Below are positions 1-11,225 of a stretch of DNA of 64,000 nt, piece by piece. Both the position numbers and the translations under genes were made by a program. The DNA is from Candidatus Poribacteria bacterium. Lineage in GTDB: Bacteria; Poribacteria; WGA-4E; WGA-3G. The notes beneath the pieces are model-generated. The model did no database searches. It had not been told where the DNA came from and saw only the letters and a list, made by a program, of their open reading frames with translations. Every line of letters begins with the position of its first letter. Position 1 is the first letter of the stretch. Location of the stretch: contig CBDBFU010000014.1 of NCBI GenBank assembly GCA_965205025.1, positions 288,001 through 352,000 of the forward strand. The letters run 5' to 3'.

Positions 1-1
1 C

Positions 2-1486
2 GACTATTGTTGTGTCCACGCTGCTATGGCATTAAAAGAAGACGGTTATGAGACTATTATGGTGAATAGTAATCCTGAAACTGTCAGTACAGATTATGAT
101 ACTTCTGACCGTCTATACTTTGAACCCTTAACATGTGAGGATGTACTGAATATATATGATAAAGAAAAGCCTATTGGGGTAATTGTACAATTTGGTGGTC
201 AGACACCGTTAAATCTTGCAGATTCACTCAAACAAGCAGGTGTACCAATTATCGGCACAAGTCCACAGGATATAGCTCGTTCTGAAAACCGACAACTATT
301 TAAAGAGGTATTAGATGAAATAGGTCTAAAGCAACCACCTAACGGAACCGCTACCTCAATTGATGAAGCTGTACCGATAGCAGCATCACTTGGTTATCCT
401 GTGATTGTAAGACCATCTTTTGTTTTAGGGGGTCGTGCAATGCAAATTGTCTACGATGAAACACTTCTACAAGAATATATGGATACCGCAGTTCAAGCCT
501 CTCCTGAACACCCAATTCTCATTGATAAATATCTTGAGGAGGCAATTGAGGTAGATGTGGATGCTATCTCTGATGGGTACACAACTGTCATTGGCGGTAT
601 AATGGAACATATTGAAGAAGCAGGTGTTCATTCAGGTGATAGCGATTGCGTACTTCCTCCATATACTCTGGTAGATGATCAGATAGACCAGCTTAAAGAA
701 TATACATACGCACTTGCAAAAGCACTGAACGTTTGCGGCCTAATGAATGTTCAATATGCTATAAAAAGCGATGAGATTTATGTTCTTGAAGTAAATCCTC
801 GAGCATCTCGGACGATTCCTTTTGTTAGTAAAGCAATTGGAGTTCCTCTTGCTAAACTTGCTGCGCGCGTTATGGCTGGAAAAACTCTTACAGAATTAGG
901 TTACACTTCGGAAATTGAACCCCCTTATTTTAGTGTAAAAGCACCTGTATTCCCTTTTAATCGATTCCCAGGAGCGAATTCACGACTTGGTCCAGAAATG
1001 AAATCCACTGGTGAGGTTATGGGGATTGATTATGATGTATCACGGGCTTTCGCAAAAGCACAGAAAGCTTGTGGATATTCTCTACCCTTGAAAGGAAACG
1101 TATTTATTAGTGTCAGGAATAAAGATAAAAGATCAGTCATTTTTTTAGCAAAAAAATTAACTGATATGGGATTTGAACTTATAGCTACCCATGGAACAGC
1201 TAAAGTTCTATTACGAAATGGAATGAAGGTAGATCTTGTATATAGTATAGGTAAAGGGAGACCTACTATACACGATCACATCAAAAACCATGCAGTTGAC
1301 TTAATTATAAATACACCTACTGGTGATTTGCATAGAACTAATGAACTCCTCATCAGACAGATGGCAATAGAGCATGACATTCCAATATATTCAACAATTC
1401 CAGGTGCGGCTGCAGCAGTCAATGCAATCGACGTACTACAAAGTGGTGAAATATCAGTAACACCATTACAAGATTATCATAGGTAA
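2..1486 (+). CDS. carB: Carbamoyl-phosphate synthase large subunit, 5'-truncated by the window edge
   Basis: Frame is open from position 2 (DYCCVHAA...). Motifs NSNPETVSTDYD, RPSFVLGGRAM, EHIEEAGVHSGDS, LGPEMKSTGEVMG and a C-terminal MGS domain. Confidence 0.97.
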   Translation, partial: DYCCVHAAMALKEDGYETIMVNSNPETVSTDYDTSDRLYFEPLTCEDVLNIYDKEKPIGVIVQFGGQTPLNLADSLKQAGVPIIGTSPQDIARSENRQLFKEVLDEIGLKQPPNGTATSIDEAVPIAASLGYPVIVRPSFVLGGRAMQIVYDETLLQEYMDTAVQASPEHPILIDKYLEEAIEVDVDAISDGYTTVIGGIMEHIEEAGVHSGDSDCVLPPYTLVDDQIDQLKEYTYALAKALNVCGLMNVQYAIKSDEIYVLEVNPRASRTIPFVSKAIGVPLAKLAARVMAGKTLTELGYTSEIEPPYFSVKAPVFPFNRFPGANSRLGPEMKSTGEVMGIDYDVSRAFAKAQKACGYSLPLKGNVFISVRNKDKRSVIFLAKKLTDMGFELIATHGTAKVLLRNGMKVDLVYSIGKGRPTIHDHIKNHAVDLIINTPTGDLHRTNELLIRQMAIEHDIPIYSTIPGAAAAVNAIDVLQSGEISVTPLQDYHR

Positions 1487-1494
1487 GGTAAATT

Positions 1495-2283
1495 ATGTCA
1501 AACGAATCGACTCGAAGGAATACTCGTTGGGTACAAGCTCTTGATAGATTGTTACAAGTCCTTAATCTTGACGAAGATCACCCCATTAGAATTATGACAA
1601 TTGAAGATGGAAGAGAAGTAATTGTCGTAAAACCAAATGCATTCACCGTTTCAAGATTCTATGCATCTGGACGACCCGACGGTACACGTCCACACGGTCT
1701 GGAATCATACTATGAATACTATCTTACCCAATTAAACAAATATGAAGAAGAAAATGGATCAACTGACGGTTTTGAATTGACTGATGATGAATGGCATACA
1801 TTATTTGACGAATCCTTTCATAGGTATACACGCTATTTATTATTCGCAGGAATCAAACGGTGGGAAGATGTCCAGCGGGATACAGATACCAATATAGCCG
1901 TTACAAATTTAGCTAAGAAGTATGCACCATCAGAAATCGCATGGCGGAGTTATCAATATAAAGGGTATATGATTATGATGAATAGTATTTCAAAAGCAGA
2001 ATTAAGTCTGCAACAAGATGATCCTACAACTGCTTTACAGCACATAGATATAGGTATTGAACAACTTGGGGAATTCTGTGGAGAATGTTTGCGAGAAGAA
2101 CATGCGGATGCAGAAAATATCACACGTGAACGTTATCTAAGTAACCTAATCGAATTTCGTTCAGATTTAGAAGCTATCGCTACAGATGATAGTAACGGTC
2201 AGATGACCAATACAGATAGAGAGGATTCAGATCTATTAACTGAATTAGAAAGATTGTTAAACGATACCGATTCCGTCGATTAA
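1495..2283 (+). CDS. Conserved hypothetical protein, resembling the PVC-type 'UvrB/UvrC motif-containing' family but with no obvious UVR tail
   Basis: 262-aa ORF 8 nt after carB; GRPDGTRPHGLESY and VQRDT motifs recalled from that family; not searched. Confidence 0.55.
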   Translation: MSNESTRRNTRWVQALDRLLQVLNLDEDHPIRIMTIEDGREVIVVKPNAFTVSRFYASGRPDGTRPHGLESYYEYYLTQLNKYEEENGSTDGFELTDDEWHTLFDESFHRYTRYLLFAGIKRWEDVQRDTDTNIAVTNLAKKYAPSEIAWRSYQYKGYMIMMNSISKAELSLQQDDPTTALQHIDIGIEQLGEFCGECLREEHADAENITRERYLSNLIEFRSDLEAIATDDSNGQMTNTDREDSDLLTELERLLNDTDSVD

Positions 2284-2388
2284 GAAATGAGTAATAGGAC
2301 ACAATACCTATTTACTCGAATTCCTAATCAATTAATACGCTATTTCAAGTTGAATCCTCTATAATTTCCATCCATATCTATACTTTGA

Positions 2389-3006
2389 TTATTCTTCCCA
2401 TTCTGGGATATTACCTTCACGACTTGCTTGTATCAATACACCCCCAAGAAATAGGAAAGCAAGACCACGTATCAAGATGTGTATATTAAAATTCACGCCT
2501 GGTATAAATGTAATAGCAAAGGTAATTGCTGATATTATTAACAAGAATGCTGAACCGTTATTACCCCAAAGTCCAATAGAGAAACCAAAACATACAGCCA
2601 TAATAGCATAAGCAAAACCTGCAGTAAGGATTAAGGTTTCATTTAAGTCTAACCATATTTTAGTGAATATACTACCAAATTCCGTTTGTGATGCCGCTTG
2701 TCCCATAACAATTTTTAATGGAGATGTTTGGGTAAGGTGTGCAATTAGTTCTAATATGACCCAAAGGGCAGCAAAAGCAATTCCTATGAGCGTACCTGTT
2801 CTGGCATCGTTTATTAGTAAAACTGAAGTTGCAACCAAAGTTGGTATGATCAATAATAACATTCCAACACTAACACCATGCATAATATCTGGGCGACCAC
2901 TATTTTGAAAAATAAACATGAATCCTGTAAATATCATCAGAAGTGCTCCCAGTATTCCTGCTATACCACCAGAAAAAAATAAACTCTTTGAACTATTATC
3001 AGCCAT
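2389..3006 (-). CDS. Integral membrane protein (about 6 TM helices)
   Basis: Hydrophobic ORF; GGAGG RBS upstream of ATG at 3006 (MADNSS). Confidence 0.75.
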   Translation of the reverse strand: MADNSSKSLFFSGGIAGILGALLMIFTGFMFIFQNSGRPDIMHGVSVGMLLLIIPTLVATSVLLINDARTGTLIGIAFAALWVILELIAHLTQTSPLKIVMGQAASQTEFGSIFTKIWLDLNETLILTAGFAYAIMAVCFGFSIGLWGNNGSAFLLIISAITFAITFIPGVNFNIHILIRGLAFLFLGGVLIQASREGNIPEWEE

Positions 3007-3357
3007 AAAATAGACCTCCAAGATACCATTGTAAATTAAAAAGTAATTCTAAATTTAAGATATTAGTAAGTTATATATATCACAGAGAATATACAAAAAT
3101 AAAAAAATATAAGGACATAAATAATACATTTTAAAAAAATATATATTATAGAGTATACAAAACTACATGTTCTAAGTCAACAATCATAGATAATTTCATA
3201 TAGAAATGTGAGATTCACATAATCAATATTAGCCATGCTGTAGTTAGATTTTGAAATCATTGATGTCAAATTTACCTACACACCTGTCACCCCTTAAAGG
3301 TTTAGGTGAACCAAATATCAGCACCCATTAATGTCAATTTAAGCATAAGACTCTTCT

Positions 3358-3420
3358 GTAGGAGGGAATTCCAATTCCCGACTATATTTGTAGGTTGCGA
3401 TTCAAAGATCGCTCCACAGA
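3358..3420 (+). repeat. GTAG-type REP-like palindromes
   Basis: GTAGGAGGGAATTCCAATTCCCGAC...; related copies at 49256-49310. Confidence 0.5.
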
Positions 3421-3522
3421 ATATAATACCATTTATACGGATTGCACAGGGAAGAGGGATTTGGTGAGTGTAAAGAAGTAATTGGTTTAAGATGCCAACG
3501 AATCCAACTTAACCATTCATAA

Positions 3523-3586
3523 ACGATCACTGGAAAGCTTATAAACCTCAGCATTCCAGCTATCCTATGGTCATATGATACTATTT
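3523..3586. repeat. 64-bp exact direct repeat, copy 1 (stop codon plus 3' flank)
   Basis: Identical to 29024-29087; weaker similarity extends back to about 3489/28989. Confidence 0.9.
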
Positions 3587-6130
3587 GCGTATAATCATCT
3601 TGCGTGTAGCAATGTATTTACCAGCTATTAATGTGTAGAAGTACACACCACTGGCAACATATTCACCACTTTCATTCTTACCATTCCAATACACCGCGCT
3701 ATTTCGTTGTAGATATGAACCAACTGATTGTTGTCCCATTGCTAATGTTCGTATTAATATCCCATCAGTACTATAGATCTGTATTGTAACATCTGATGGT
3801 TGAGATAGTTGGTACGGTATCCATGTTTCAGGATTGAATGGATTTGGATAATTGGGTAGGAGTGCTGTCTTATTTGGTGTTAACTGAAGTAGAAACTGCT
3901 CCAGATATTGTATTCCTTTTTGAATTATTGGATCTGATAAATTAAGCTGTTGAGCTTGTATCAACCAATCGTGTATATTTTCAGTCTTTAGATTTTTATT
4001 CTTACTATATTTTACAGGGGCATCATTACCTTCATTCAATACTCCTGCAACCTTGATAAGATCAGCAATATCAACAACATCATCTCCATTTACATCTGCT
4101 GCATTTTCACCAGTCTGTCCAAAATTTGCCGCAATAACGACTAAATCTTTAACATCTATAACTCCATCATTATTAACATCTTCTTTAATTCGGGAAGGAG
4201 TGAATAAAGTTGGATAATCCCAAAACAGTATTGTTCCATCTACGCCTAATGTTGCGAGAGTATCCCCATCAGGACTAAACTTTAAATCATCAATTCCATT
4301 CGCCATACCTTTTAAAATAGTTTTTAGATCTCCATTTGATGAATCCCAAAATCGTATTGTTCCATCCTTTCTATCTCCAGCAGAAATGAGAGTTTTCCCA
4401 TCTGGACTGAAAGTAATTTTAACATATCTATATGTATGTCCTGTGTTAATTATCGTTCTTTCTTCAGTATATAAATTCCATATATACAACTGTTGTGATC
4501 CACTGACTGAAGCAATCAATCTTCCGTCTGGACTAAAAACTATATTTGTTCCAATGGCTGACGGGTGTGGTATTTCTGTAATAAGTTCTCTTCTTGAAAA
4601 ATCCCATAATCTAATTGCAGACGAATCCCCTGTAACAAGGATTCTTCCATTAGGACTATACGCGACCTGCTTCGTCTGTGTTATTTCTGTTGGAATAGTC
4701 CATAGTGGTTTATAGGATATTGTATCCCATAGAACAACCGCACCTTTGTTTACAGACGCAGCAACGATTGGTTCGTATGGATGGAATGCAACAGAACTGA
4801 CATTACTTTTATGTCCATATAGTGTTGCTTTCGTTTTTCCAGTTGAGACATCCCATAACCTTATACTGTTTTCATTAGCACTCCATATAGATATAGACAA
4901 GGGATATGTTATAGAACCAGTAGCAATGGTTTCTCCATCAGGACTATAAGATACTGAAGCTAAGAGATCATATTGACCATGACCCGTACTGATGAGTTTT
5001 CCAGATGTAGTATCCAAAAGACGAAGTGTGTTATCTCTGCCAATTGATGCGATTGTTTCTCCATCAGGACTAAAGTCAATTTCAGACCATAAAGCCAGGT
5101 GATTATCTATGGTATTTATCTTCTCAAGTGTTTGAGTATCCCAAAGATGAATATTTCCGTCCCTACTACCACAGACTAATGTCTTTCCATCAGGACTAAA
5201 TGAGACACTTATAACCGACGAAGTATGAGCGATAAGAGTGTTCATGTGACGCATGGTATTCATATCCCATAGACATAAAATTCCATCATCACTAACACTG
5301 GCAAGGATACTACCATCTTTATTGTAATCTATACTATTTACACCCAGCATGTGTCCTAAAAGTGTCTGTATTAATGTACCCGTTTCTACATCCCATAAAT
5401 GTATGGAAGTATCCCATCTACCGGAACAACTTGCAATTGTTTTTCCATCAGGACTAAATGAAATATCCGGTACACCAAATAAGCCAAACTCACTATATGT
5501 AATGATAGTCTTATCGAGTTCACCTGTTGGCAGATTCCATAGCTTAATTGTATTGCGGTCATCATAACCACCTGTAGCGAGGATTTTTCCATCAGGACTG
5601 AATTCAAGACAGGTTGCATCATCTTCATGTCCATCAAGGGTTGTTATAATTCTTCCAGTAGCCACATCCCATAGCTTTACTGATGAATCCTTGTACCAAC
5701 TACATGTTGCGAGGATTTTCCCGTCTGGACTAAACTCCAGATCAGTTATCTCATCTGTGTGGGCAGAGAGAACAGATATGAGTTTCCCCGTAGGTACATC
5801 CCATAATAAGAATTCTCCAGCACTACTACTTGCCAATGTATTACCATCAGGACTGAAGGATACGCTTGTAACACGTCTTGAATGATTTGTAAATAGACTT
5901 TGTTCTTTACCAGTATTTGCGTTATATATCCAAACCCCAATTGAACTTGGTACAGCAACGAGTGAATTGTCGGGTGAAAAGATGATATTTCCAGTAATCT
6001 CTCCTTTTCCAAGACGTTTATATGCACCATTAGGGAGTTCCCACTTTGTGTAATCCTGCGCAAATACGGTTAATGGTAATAGGGATAACAACCAAAGCAA
6101 GACAGAGATGGATAGTAGGATCTTTTTCAT
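3581..6130 (-). CDS. Secreted WD40-repeat protein with dockerin and C-terminal T9SS-type/FlgD-Ig sorting domain (paralogue 1, type A1)
   Basis: Signal peptide, about 14 GH...WD repeats, duplicated DVNxDGVxDxxDL dockerin, NYPNPFNPETWIPYQL...RKMIIRK C-terminus. Confidence 0.93.
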   Translation of the reverse strand: MKKILLSISVLLWLLSLLPLTVFAQDYTKWELPNGAYKRLGKGEITGNIIFSPDNSLVAVPSSIGVWIYNANTGKEQSLFTNHSRRVTSVSFSPDGNTLASSSAGEFLLWDVPTGKLISVLSAHTDEITDLEFSPDGKILATCSWYKDSSVKLWDVATGRIITTLDGHEDDATCLEFSPDGKILATGGYDDRNTIKLWNLPTGELDKTIITYSEFGLFGVPDISFSPDGKTIASCSGRWDTSIHLWDVETGTLIQTLLGHMLGVNSIDYNKDGSILASVSDDGILCLWDMNTMRHMNTLIAHTSSVISVSFSPDGKTLVCGSRDGNIHLWDTQTLEKINTIDNHLALWSEIDFSPDGETIASIGRDNTLRLLDTTSGKLISTGHGQYDLLASVSYSPDGETIATGSITYPLSISIWSANENSIRLWDVSTGKTKATLYGHKSNVSSVAFHPYEPIVAASVNKGAVVLWDTISYKPLWTIPTEITQTKQVAYSPNGRILVTGDSSAIRLWDFSRRELITEIPHPSAIGTNIVFSPDGRLIASVSGSQQLYIWNLYTEERTIINTGHTYRYVKITFSPDGKTLISAGDRKDGTIRFWDSSNGDLKTILKGMANGIDDLKFSPDGDTLATLGVDGTILFWDYPTLFTPSRIKEDVNNDGVIDVKDLVVIAANFGQTGENAADVNGDDVVDIADLIKVAGVLNEGNDAPVKYSKNKNLKTENIHDWLIQAQQLNLSDPIIQKGIQYLEQFLLQLTPNKTALLPNYPNPFNPETWIPYQLSQPSDVTIQIYSTDGILIRTLAMGQQSVGSYLQRNSAVYWNGKNESGEYVASGVYFYTLIAGKYIATRKMIIRK

Positions 6131-6140
6131 TTTTGTTCTC

Positions 6141-8654
6141 CTATTTCCTAATTAGTAATCGTCTGGTAGCATTAAACTGTCCTGAAGAGAGGGAATAAAA
6201 ATAACTGCCACTTGCTACATGTTCACCATGTTCATTTTTCCCATCCCAATGGGCTGCACGGGTTCGGGAGTGATAGATTCCAGCTTGTTGTCGGCCAACT
6301 TTTATTGTCCGAACTAACTCACCGTTAGCAGTATAAATGCGAATTGATACATCTGAAGGTGTATTAAGTTGATACGGTATCCACGTTTCTGGGTTTGCAG
6401 GATTAGGATAATTTGGTAAAAGCACTGTATCTTCAGGAGTAAAGTGGAATAAGATATTTTCAAGTACAGCAATACCTTTCTGTAATATTGGAGTTTTGTT
6501 AGGAATCATCTGTGATTGGGTTAACCATTGTTGAACCATTGTGGGGTTCAAAATATTTTTTGCATCTATTAATTTTCGTGGGGCACTATTATCATTATCA
6601 AGTGCAGCGGCAACTAATAACAAATCCTCAATATTCACAATTCCATCTTCATTTAAATCAGCACTATTTTCTGTTCCTGTTTTTCCAAATTGTAATGCGA
6701 CATAGATTAAATCTTGTAAGTCCACAGTACCATCATGATTAACATCTTCTAACAAGGTAGCCATTTCTAATTTCGAATCAATTATTGAGGCATAATCCCA
6801 TAGCATCACAGTCCCATCAGGACTGCCAGTAGCAAGTGTCTTTCCATCAGAAGTAAATACTACATCTAATACAACGTAACCATGTCCAATAAGTGTTTTA
6901 ATCATCTCACCAGTAGCCACATCCCATATTCTTACAATAGGATCATCCCATCCACCACAACTTACGAGATATTTCCCATCTTTACTAAATGCTATTTTTC
7001 GAACTTCTTCCCTATGTGCTGAATGAATTACCGTTGAATCCCCACTCGACATATCCCAAAATATTATTGAGTTATCCTTACCACAACTTGCAAGAATACT
7101 TCCATCATCATTAAAATCAACACAATGTACCCTATCAAGATGTCCATATAGGGTAGTAATGTTGGATCCAGTCGAAACATCCCAAATCCGTACTGTTTTG
7201 TCATTGCTACTACTGGCAAGAAGATTTTCATCAGGACTAAATTTAACTGAAGTAACCCCTGCTGTATGACCAATAAAAGCATCAATATGTGTACGACCTG
7301 CATACCATATATGTACAGCAGTATTTAATTCATTGCCCCCGGCAAGGAGTTGACCATCCGAGCTATACTCTAATCCAGACAAAAAAGCACTTGATGTAAG
7401 ATTCTTCCCTCCATTGCCTGTGAGTGTAGCAAGATATGTTAGATGATTAACATCCCAAATAAGTGTTCTACGACCATCTTGACTAGCAAGTATATTTCCA
7501 TCTGGTCTGAATGCTAAACCTATAAAGTAGTTATACCATTCATTGAAATATATCTGTCCTAACCGTTCGGTAGAGGAGGTATTCCACAGATTAATTTGAT
7601 AAGGACTTCCAGTTGCGAGTATGTTTCCATCCGGACTGAATGCTAAGGCTCTAATTTCAGTCGAATGTCCTTGAATTGACAGATTCCGTTCACCAGTATT
7701 CACATCCCAAATGAATAAACCATCTGAACTGCCGCTTGCGAGTGTAGTACCATCAGGACTGAATACTAATGTATACACTTTCTGCTTTTTATGTCCTATA
7801 AAATCTCTGATTCGTTCCCCCGAACCAACTTTCCATAGATCTAATTTTCCATATCTATCACCAATAGCAATGGTATTTCCGTCAGGACTAAAGGCAATTC
7901 CATGGATTGTTTGTTTTAATTGAATTGTATGATATCTATCTGTTATCACATCTGAAATATTCACTTTTTTCTGGTTCACACTTATACTTGCTACTTTACT
8001 TCCGTCTGGACTAAAGATGATTTTCGATATACTACTTCTATGGTTAGTTAGATATTTCTTCTGTGTAGCAGTCGTAAGATCCCATAACCGTACGGTATCA
8101 TACCAATTTCCACTAATAAGTGAGTTCCCATCAGGACTGAAAGCAAGTGAATTAACCCTACCTGTATGACCAGTCAGTATAGAAATTTTTTCACCTGAAG
8201 CAATATCCCATAGGACTATCGCTTTGCCTATTCCTGCAGCAAAGGTATATCCATCAGGACTGCTTGCAACTGTTCGTCTAACTCCTGTATCTCCTTCGAT
8301 CTCTGCAATTAAACTTCCATCATAGATTGATCTGATTTGGTAGATATCTTCAGTTTCAACACATACGTACATTTCCCCATCGGGACTAACACTAAGTAAG
8401 TCTTTACCATAGGTCGAAATAAAACCTAATTCAACACCAGTCTGTGCATCATAAGTCCAAATACCATTATAGCATTGAACAATTAACCTACTTCCATCAG
8501 GTGAATATGCCAGACTCCTAACAATTCCTTTACCAATCCGTAATTTTGCCCCATCAGGTAAATCCCATTTCATGTATTGATTCGCATAGGAAAATGGAAG
8601 AAAATGTAAAGAAATATATAGACATACAAGCATAATCTGTTTGATAGTTTTCAT
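6141..8654 (-). CDS. Secreted WD40-dockerin-CTD protein (paralogue 2, type B1)
   Basis: Same architecture; type-B marks GRTH and DLIYVALQFG. Confidence 0.93.
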   Translation of the reverse strand: MKTIKQIMLVCLYISLHFLPFSYANQYMKWDLPDGAKLRIGKGIVRSLAYSPDGSRLIVQCYNGIWTYDAQTGVELGFISTYGKDLLSVSPDGEMYVCVETEDIYQIRSIYDGSLIAEIEGDTGVRRTVASSPDGYTFAAGIGKAIVLWDIASGEKISILTGHTGRVNSLAFSPDGNSLISGNWYDTVRLWDLTTATQKKYLTNHRSSISKIIFSPDGSKVASISVNQKKVNISDVITDRYHTIQLKQTIHGIAFSPDGNTIAIGDRYGKLDLWKVGSGERIRDFIGHKKQKVYTLVFSPDGTTLASGSSDGLFIWDVNTGERNLSIQGHSTEIRALAFSPDGNILATGSPYQINLWNTSSTERLGQIYFNEWYNYFIGLAFRPDGNILASQDGRRTLIWDVNHLTYLATLTGNGGKNLTSSAFLSGLEYSSDGQLLAGGNELNTAVHIWYAGRTHIDAFIGHTAGVTSVKFSPDENLLASSSNDKTVRIWDVSTGSNITTLYGHLDRVHCVDFNDDGSILASCGKDNSIIFWDMSSGDSTVIHSAHREEVRKIAFSKDGKYLVSCGGWDDPIVRIWDVATGEMIKTLIGHGYVVLDVVFTSDGKTLATGSPDGTVMLWDYASIIDSKLEMATLLEDVNHDGTVDLQDLIYVALQFGKTGTENSADLNEDGIVNIEDLLLVAAALDNDNSAPRKLIDAKNILNPTMVQQWLTQSQMIPNKTPILQKGIAVLENILFHFTPEDTVLLPNYPNPANPETWIPYQLNTPSDVSIRIYTANGELVRTIKVGRQQAGIYHSRTRAAHWDGKNEHGEHVASGSYFYSLSSGQFNATRRLLIRK

Positions 8655-8662
8655 AATAATTT

Positions 8663-11164
8663 CTACTTCCGGATTACCATTTGTCGTGTGGCAACAAACT
8701 GTCCTGCTGTAAATTCATAGAAGTATACTCCACTCGCTACATGTTCACCATATTCATTTTTCCCATCCCAATAGGCAGCGCGGGAACGAGATTGGTATAG
8801 TCCTGGTTGTTGATATCCTATTTGTAATTGTCGAATCAATTGACCATTTGTTGAATAAATTCGGATTGTTACATCTGATGGTTCGGATAGTTGATACGGA
8901 ATCCACGTTTCAGGATTGAATGGATTCGGATAATTTGGAAATGCAACGGTTTTTTCAGGATACTTACTATTCAGAAGTTGTTCAAGAAAATATATCCCTC
9001 TTTTTGAAACTGGATCAGTAAGATTATGTATCTGTGCCTGTTTCAACCACTCCTTGATAGTACTTGCTTTTAGAATATCTTTATAGGGTGTTTTTGTTGG
9101 AGATGCAGATTCCAGATTAATTGCTGCGGCTACCATGATAAGATCCGTAATATCAACAACACCATCACCATTTATATCAGCTGCATTTGGACCAGTTTTA
9201 TTAAAGTTTGTAGCAACTACAATCAAATCCTTAATGTCAACAACGCCATCCCCATTTACATCAGTTGTTAATGAGATGGGTTGAATTATATCATCAAAAT
9301 CCCATATATAGATTACTCCTCCCTCACCGGCAGTTGCGACTGTGCTCCCATCTTTACTGATCCTAATTTGACCAAAACCATCCGGAATCCCAGAAAATTG
9401 ATGTATTATTTCGGCAGTTCCAGGTTCCCAAAATGATATAGTACCACCATCAGAATTGGTCATACTAATTAGGAACTTTCCATTAGGACTATATGTAATT
9501 CCACTGACACCGACATCTGTCTGGGTAAGTTCTCTCTTAAGCGTTCCCGTTTCCACATCCCATAAATTCACAATTCGTGATGCAAATACGGCTGCAAGAG
9601 TGTTCCCATTCGGACTGAAGGTCAAGGATCTAATCCAAGTATAACCTACCCCGAAGTTTCTTACTTGTTTTCTCTTTGATAAATCCCATAGTAATATGTC
9701 CTGCCCTCCAGATGCCAACATTTGACCATCTTGACTAAAAGCTAAACTAAGTGGAGCCTGTGTAGGTCCAGTAAAGGTGGCAATGTGATGTCCAGTCTGT
9801 GAATCCCATAGACACACATTCTTATCTCTACCTCCTGTGGCAAGCATTTTTCCATCTGGACTGAATCTTACAACATATATATTCCCATTATGTCCCATTA
9901 GCATCAGTTTAGTTTTTCCAGTTACAGCATCCCATAATCGGACTGACCTGTCATAATAATTCCCACTACTCGCTATAGTTTTACCATCTGGACTTATATC
10001 AATTGATTCAATGTAAGATGTATGACCGATTAGAGTGTTTATCTTTTTTCCAGTTGCTGTTTTCCAAAGGTATAGTTTATTGTCCCAACTACCACTAACT
10101 ATCATATCCCCGTTAGGACTTATAGCAAAACTGTCGCCAGCAGTATGGTGACCTAAAATCTGAGTAATGGTTTCTAAAGTCTCAGCATTTCTGATCTGTA
10201 TAGTTCCATCAAAGCTACTACTTACTAAAAGGTTGCCATCTGGACTATAGAGTACATTTTGTACTCTGTATGTATGATCAAGGAGAGTAGTTTTATAGGT
10301 GGCAGTAGATACATCCCACAAAACAACCGTACCATCATCGCCTCCACTGGCAAGAGTATTTCCATCTGAACTAAATGATACACTGTTGACTTTTCTTGTA
10401 TGTCCAGAAAGCGTGTTTATCAGTTCTCCAGTGTCTGTATTCCATAGGTGAATTGAGGTATCTGACCAATCACTGCCTCCGGCGAGTATACTCCCATCAG
10501 GACTAAATGCTAAACTCTGGACACCATCTTCATGACCAATGATGAATTTCTTTAATCTGAGTGTTTCAACATCCCACAATATCACCTCATTTTCATATTC
10601 TGTACAACTTGCAAGAGTTTTACCATCAGGACTAAATATCACATCTGATACATTATCTGAATGATCAGTGAAGATTGCCAACATGACACCACTATTCACA
10701 TCCCATAATATCACAGATTCGTCTGTCCCTCCTCCACAACTTGCAAGTATATTACCATCAGGACTAAAGGCGACACCAAGGATTTCATCGTGATGTCCCA
10801 TAAATCTTTTGATGACTTTTCCTGTAGAAACATTCCAGAGTAATAATTTTCCTTCACGACTCCCACTTGCAAGTATCTTTCCATCCGGACTGTAAGCCAC
10901 ACTTGCAACACCTTCTTGATGTCCTAAGAACAAATCGAGTTCTTTTCCTGAAAATACATCATAAATCCATGTCCCAATTGGCGTTGTAACCACAAGTCTC
11001 TTGCTATCAGGAGAAAATGCAATTTCTCCATCTAACATACCTTTACCAATTCTTAATTTTGCGCGTTCCGGTAAATTCCATCTCATATACTCTTGTGCAA
11101 ATAATGTGATGGGTAAATTAATTATAAGAAGTAGTATGAGGGTAAAATATCGTGTTTTCTTCAT
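8663..11164 (-). CDS. Secreted WD40-dockerin-CTD protein (paralogue 3, type A2)
   Basis: Same architecture; dockerin DLIVVATNF. Confidence 0.93.
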   Translation of the reverse strand: MKKTRYFTLILLLIINLPITLFAQEYMRWNLPERAKLRIGKGMLDGEIAFSPDSKRLVVTTPIGTWIYDVFSGKELDLFLGHQEGVASVAYSPDGKILASGSREGKLLLWNVSTGKVIKRFMGHHDEILGVAFSPDGNILASCGGGTDESVILWDVNSGVMLAIFTDHSDNVSDVIFSPDGKTLASCTEYENEVILWDVETLRLKKFIIGHEDGVQSLAFSPDGSILAGGSDWSDTSIHLWNTDTGELINTLSGHTRKVNSVSFSSDGNTLASGGDDGTVVLWDVSTATYKTTLLDHTYRVQNVLYSPDGNLLVSSSFDGTIQIRNAETLETITQILGHHTAGDSFAISPNGDMIVSGSWDNKLYLWKTATGKKINTLIGHTSYIESIDISPDGKTIASSGNYYDRSVRLWDAVTGKTKLMLMGHNGNIYVVRFSPDGKMLATGGRDKNVCLWDSQTGHHIATFTGPTQAPLSLAFSQDGQMLASGGQDILLWDLSKRKQVRNFGVGYTWIRSLTFSPNGNTLAAVFASRIVNLWDVETGTLKRELTQTDVGVSGITYSPNGKFLISMTNSDGGTISFWEPGTAEIIHQFSGIPDGFGQIRISKDGSTVATAGEGGVIYIWDFDDIIQPISLTTDVNGDGVVDIKDLIVVATNFNKTGPNAADINGDGVVDITDLIMVAAAINLESASPTKTPYKDILKASTIKEWLKQAQIHNLTDPVSKRGIYFLEQLLNSKYPEKTVAFPNYPNPFNPETWIPYQLSEPSDVTIRIYSTNGQLIRQLQIGYQQPGLYQSRSRAAYWDGKNEYGEHVASGVYFYEFTAGQFVATRQMVIRK

Positions 11165-11225
11165 AATATGCTTTATAGTAGTAGAAATGTTGTTTGATAT
11201 TGTTCTGTTGATATAGTGTCTTAAG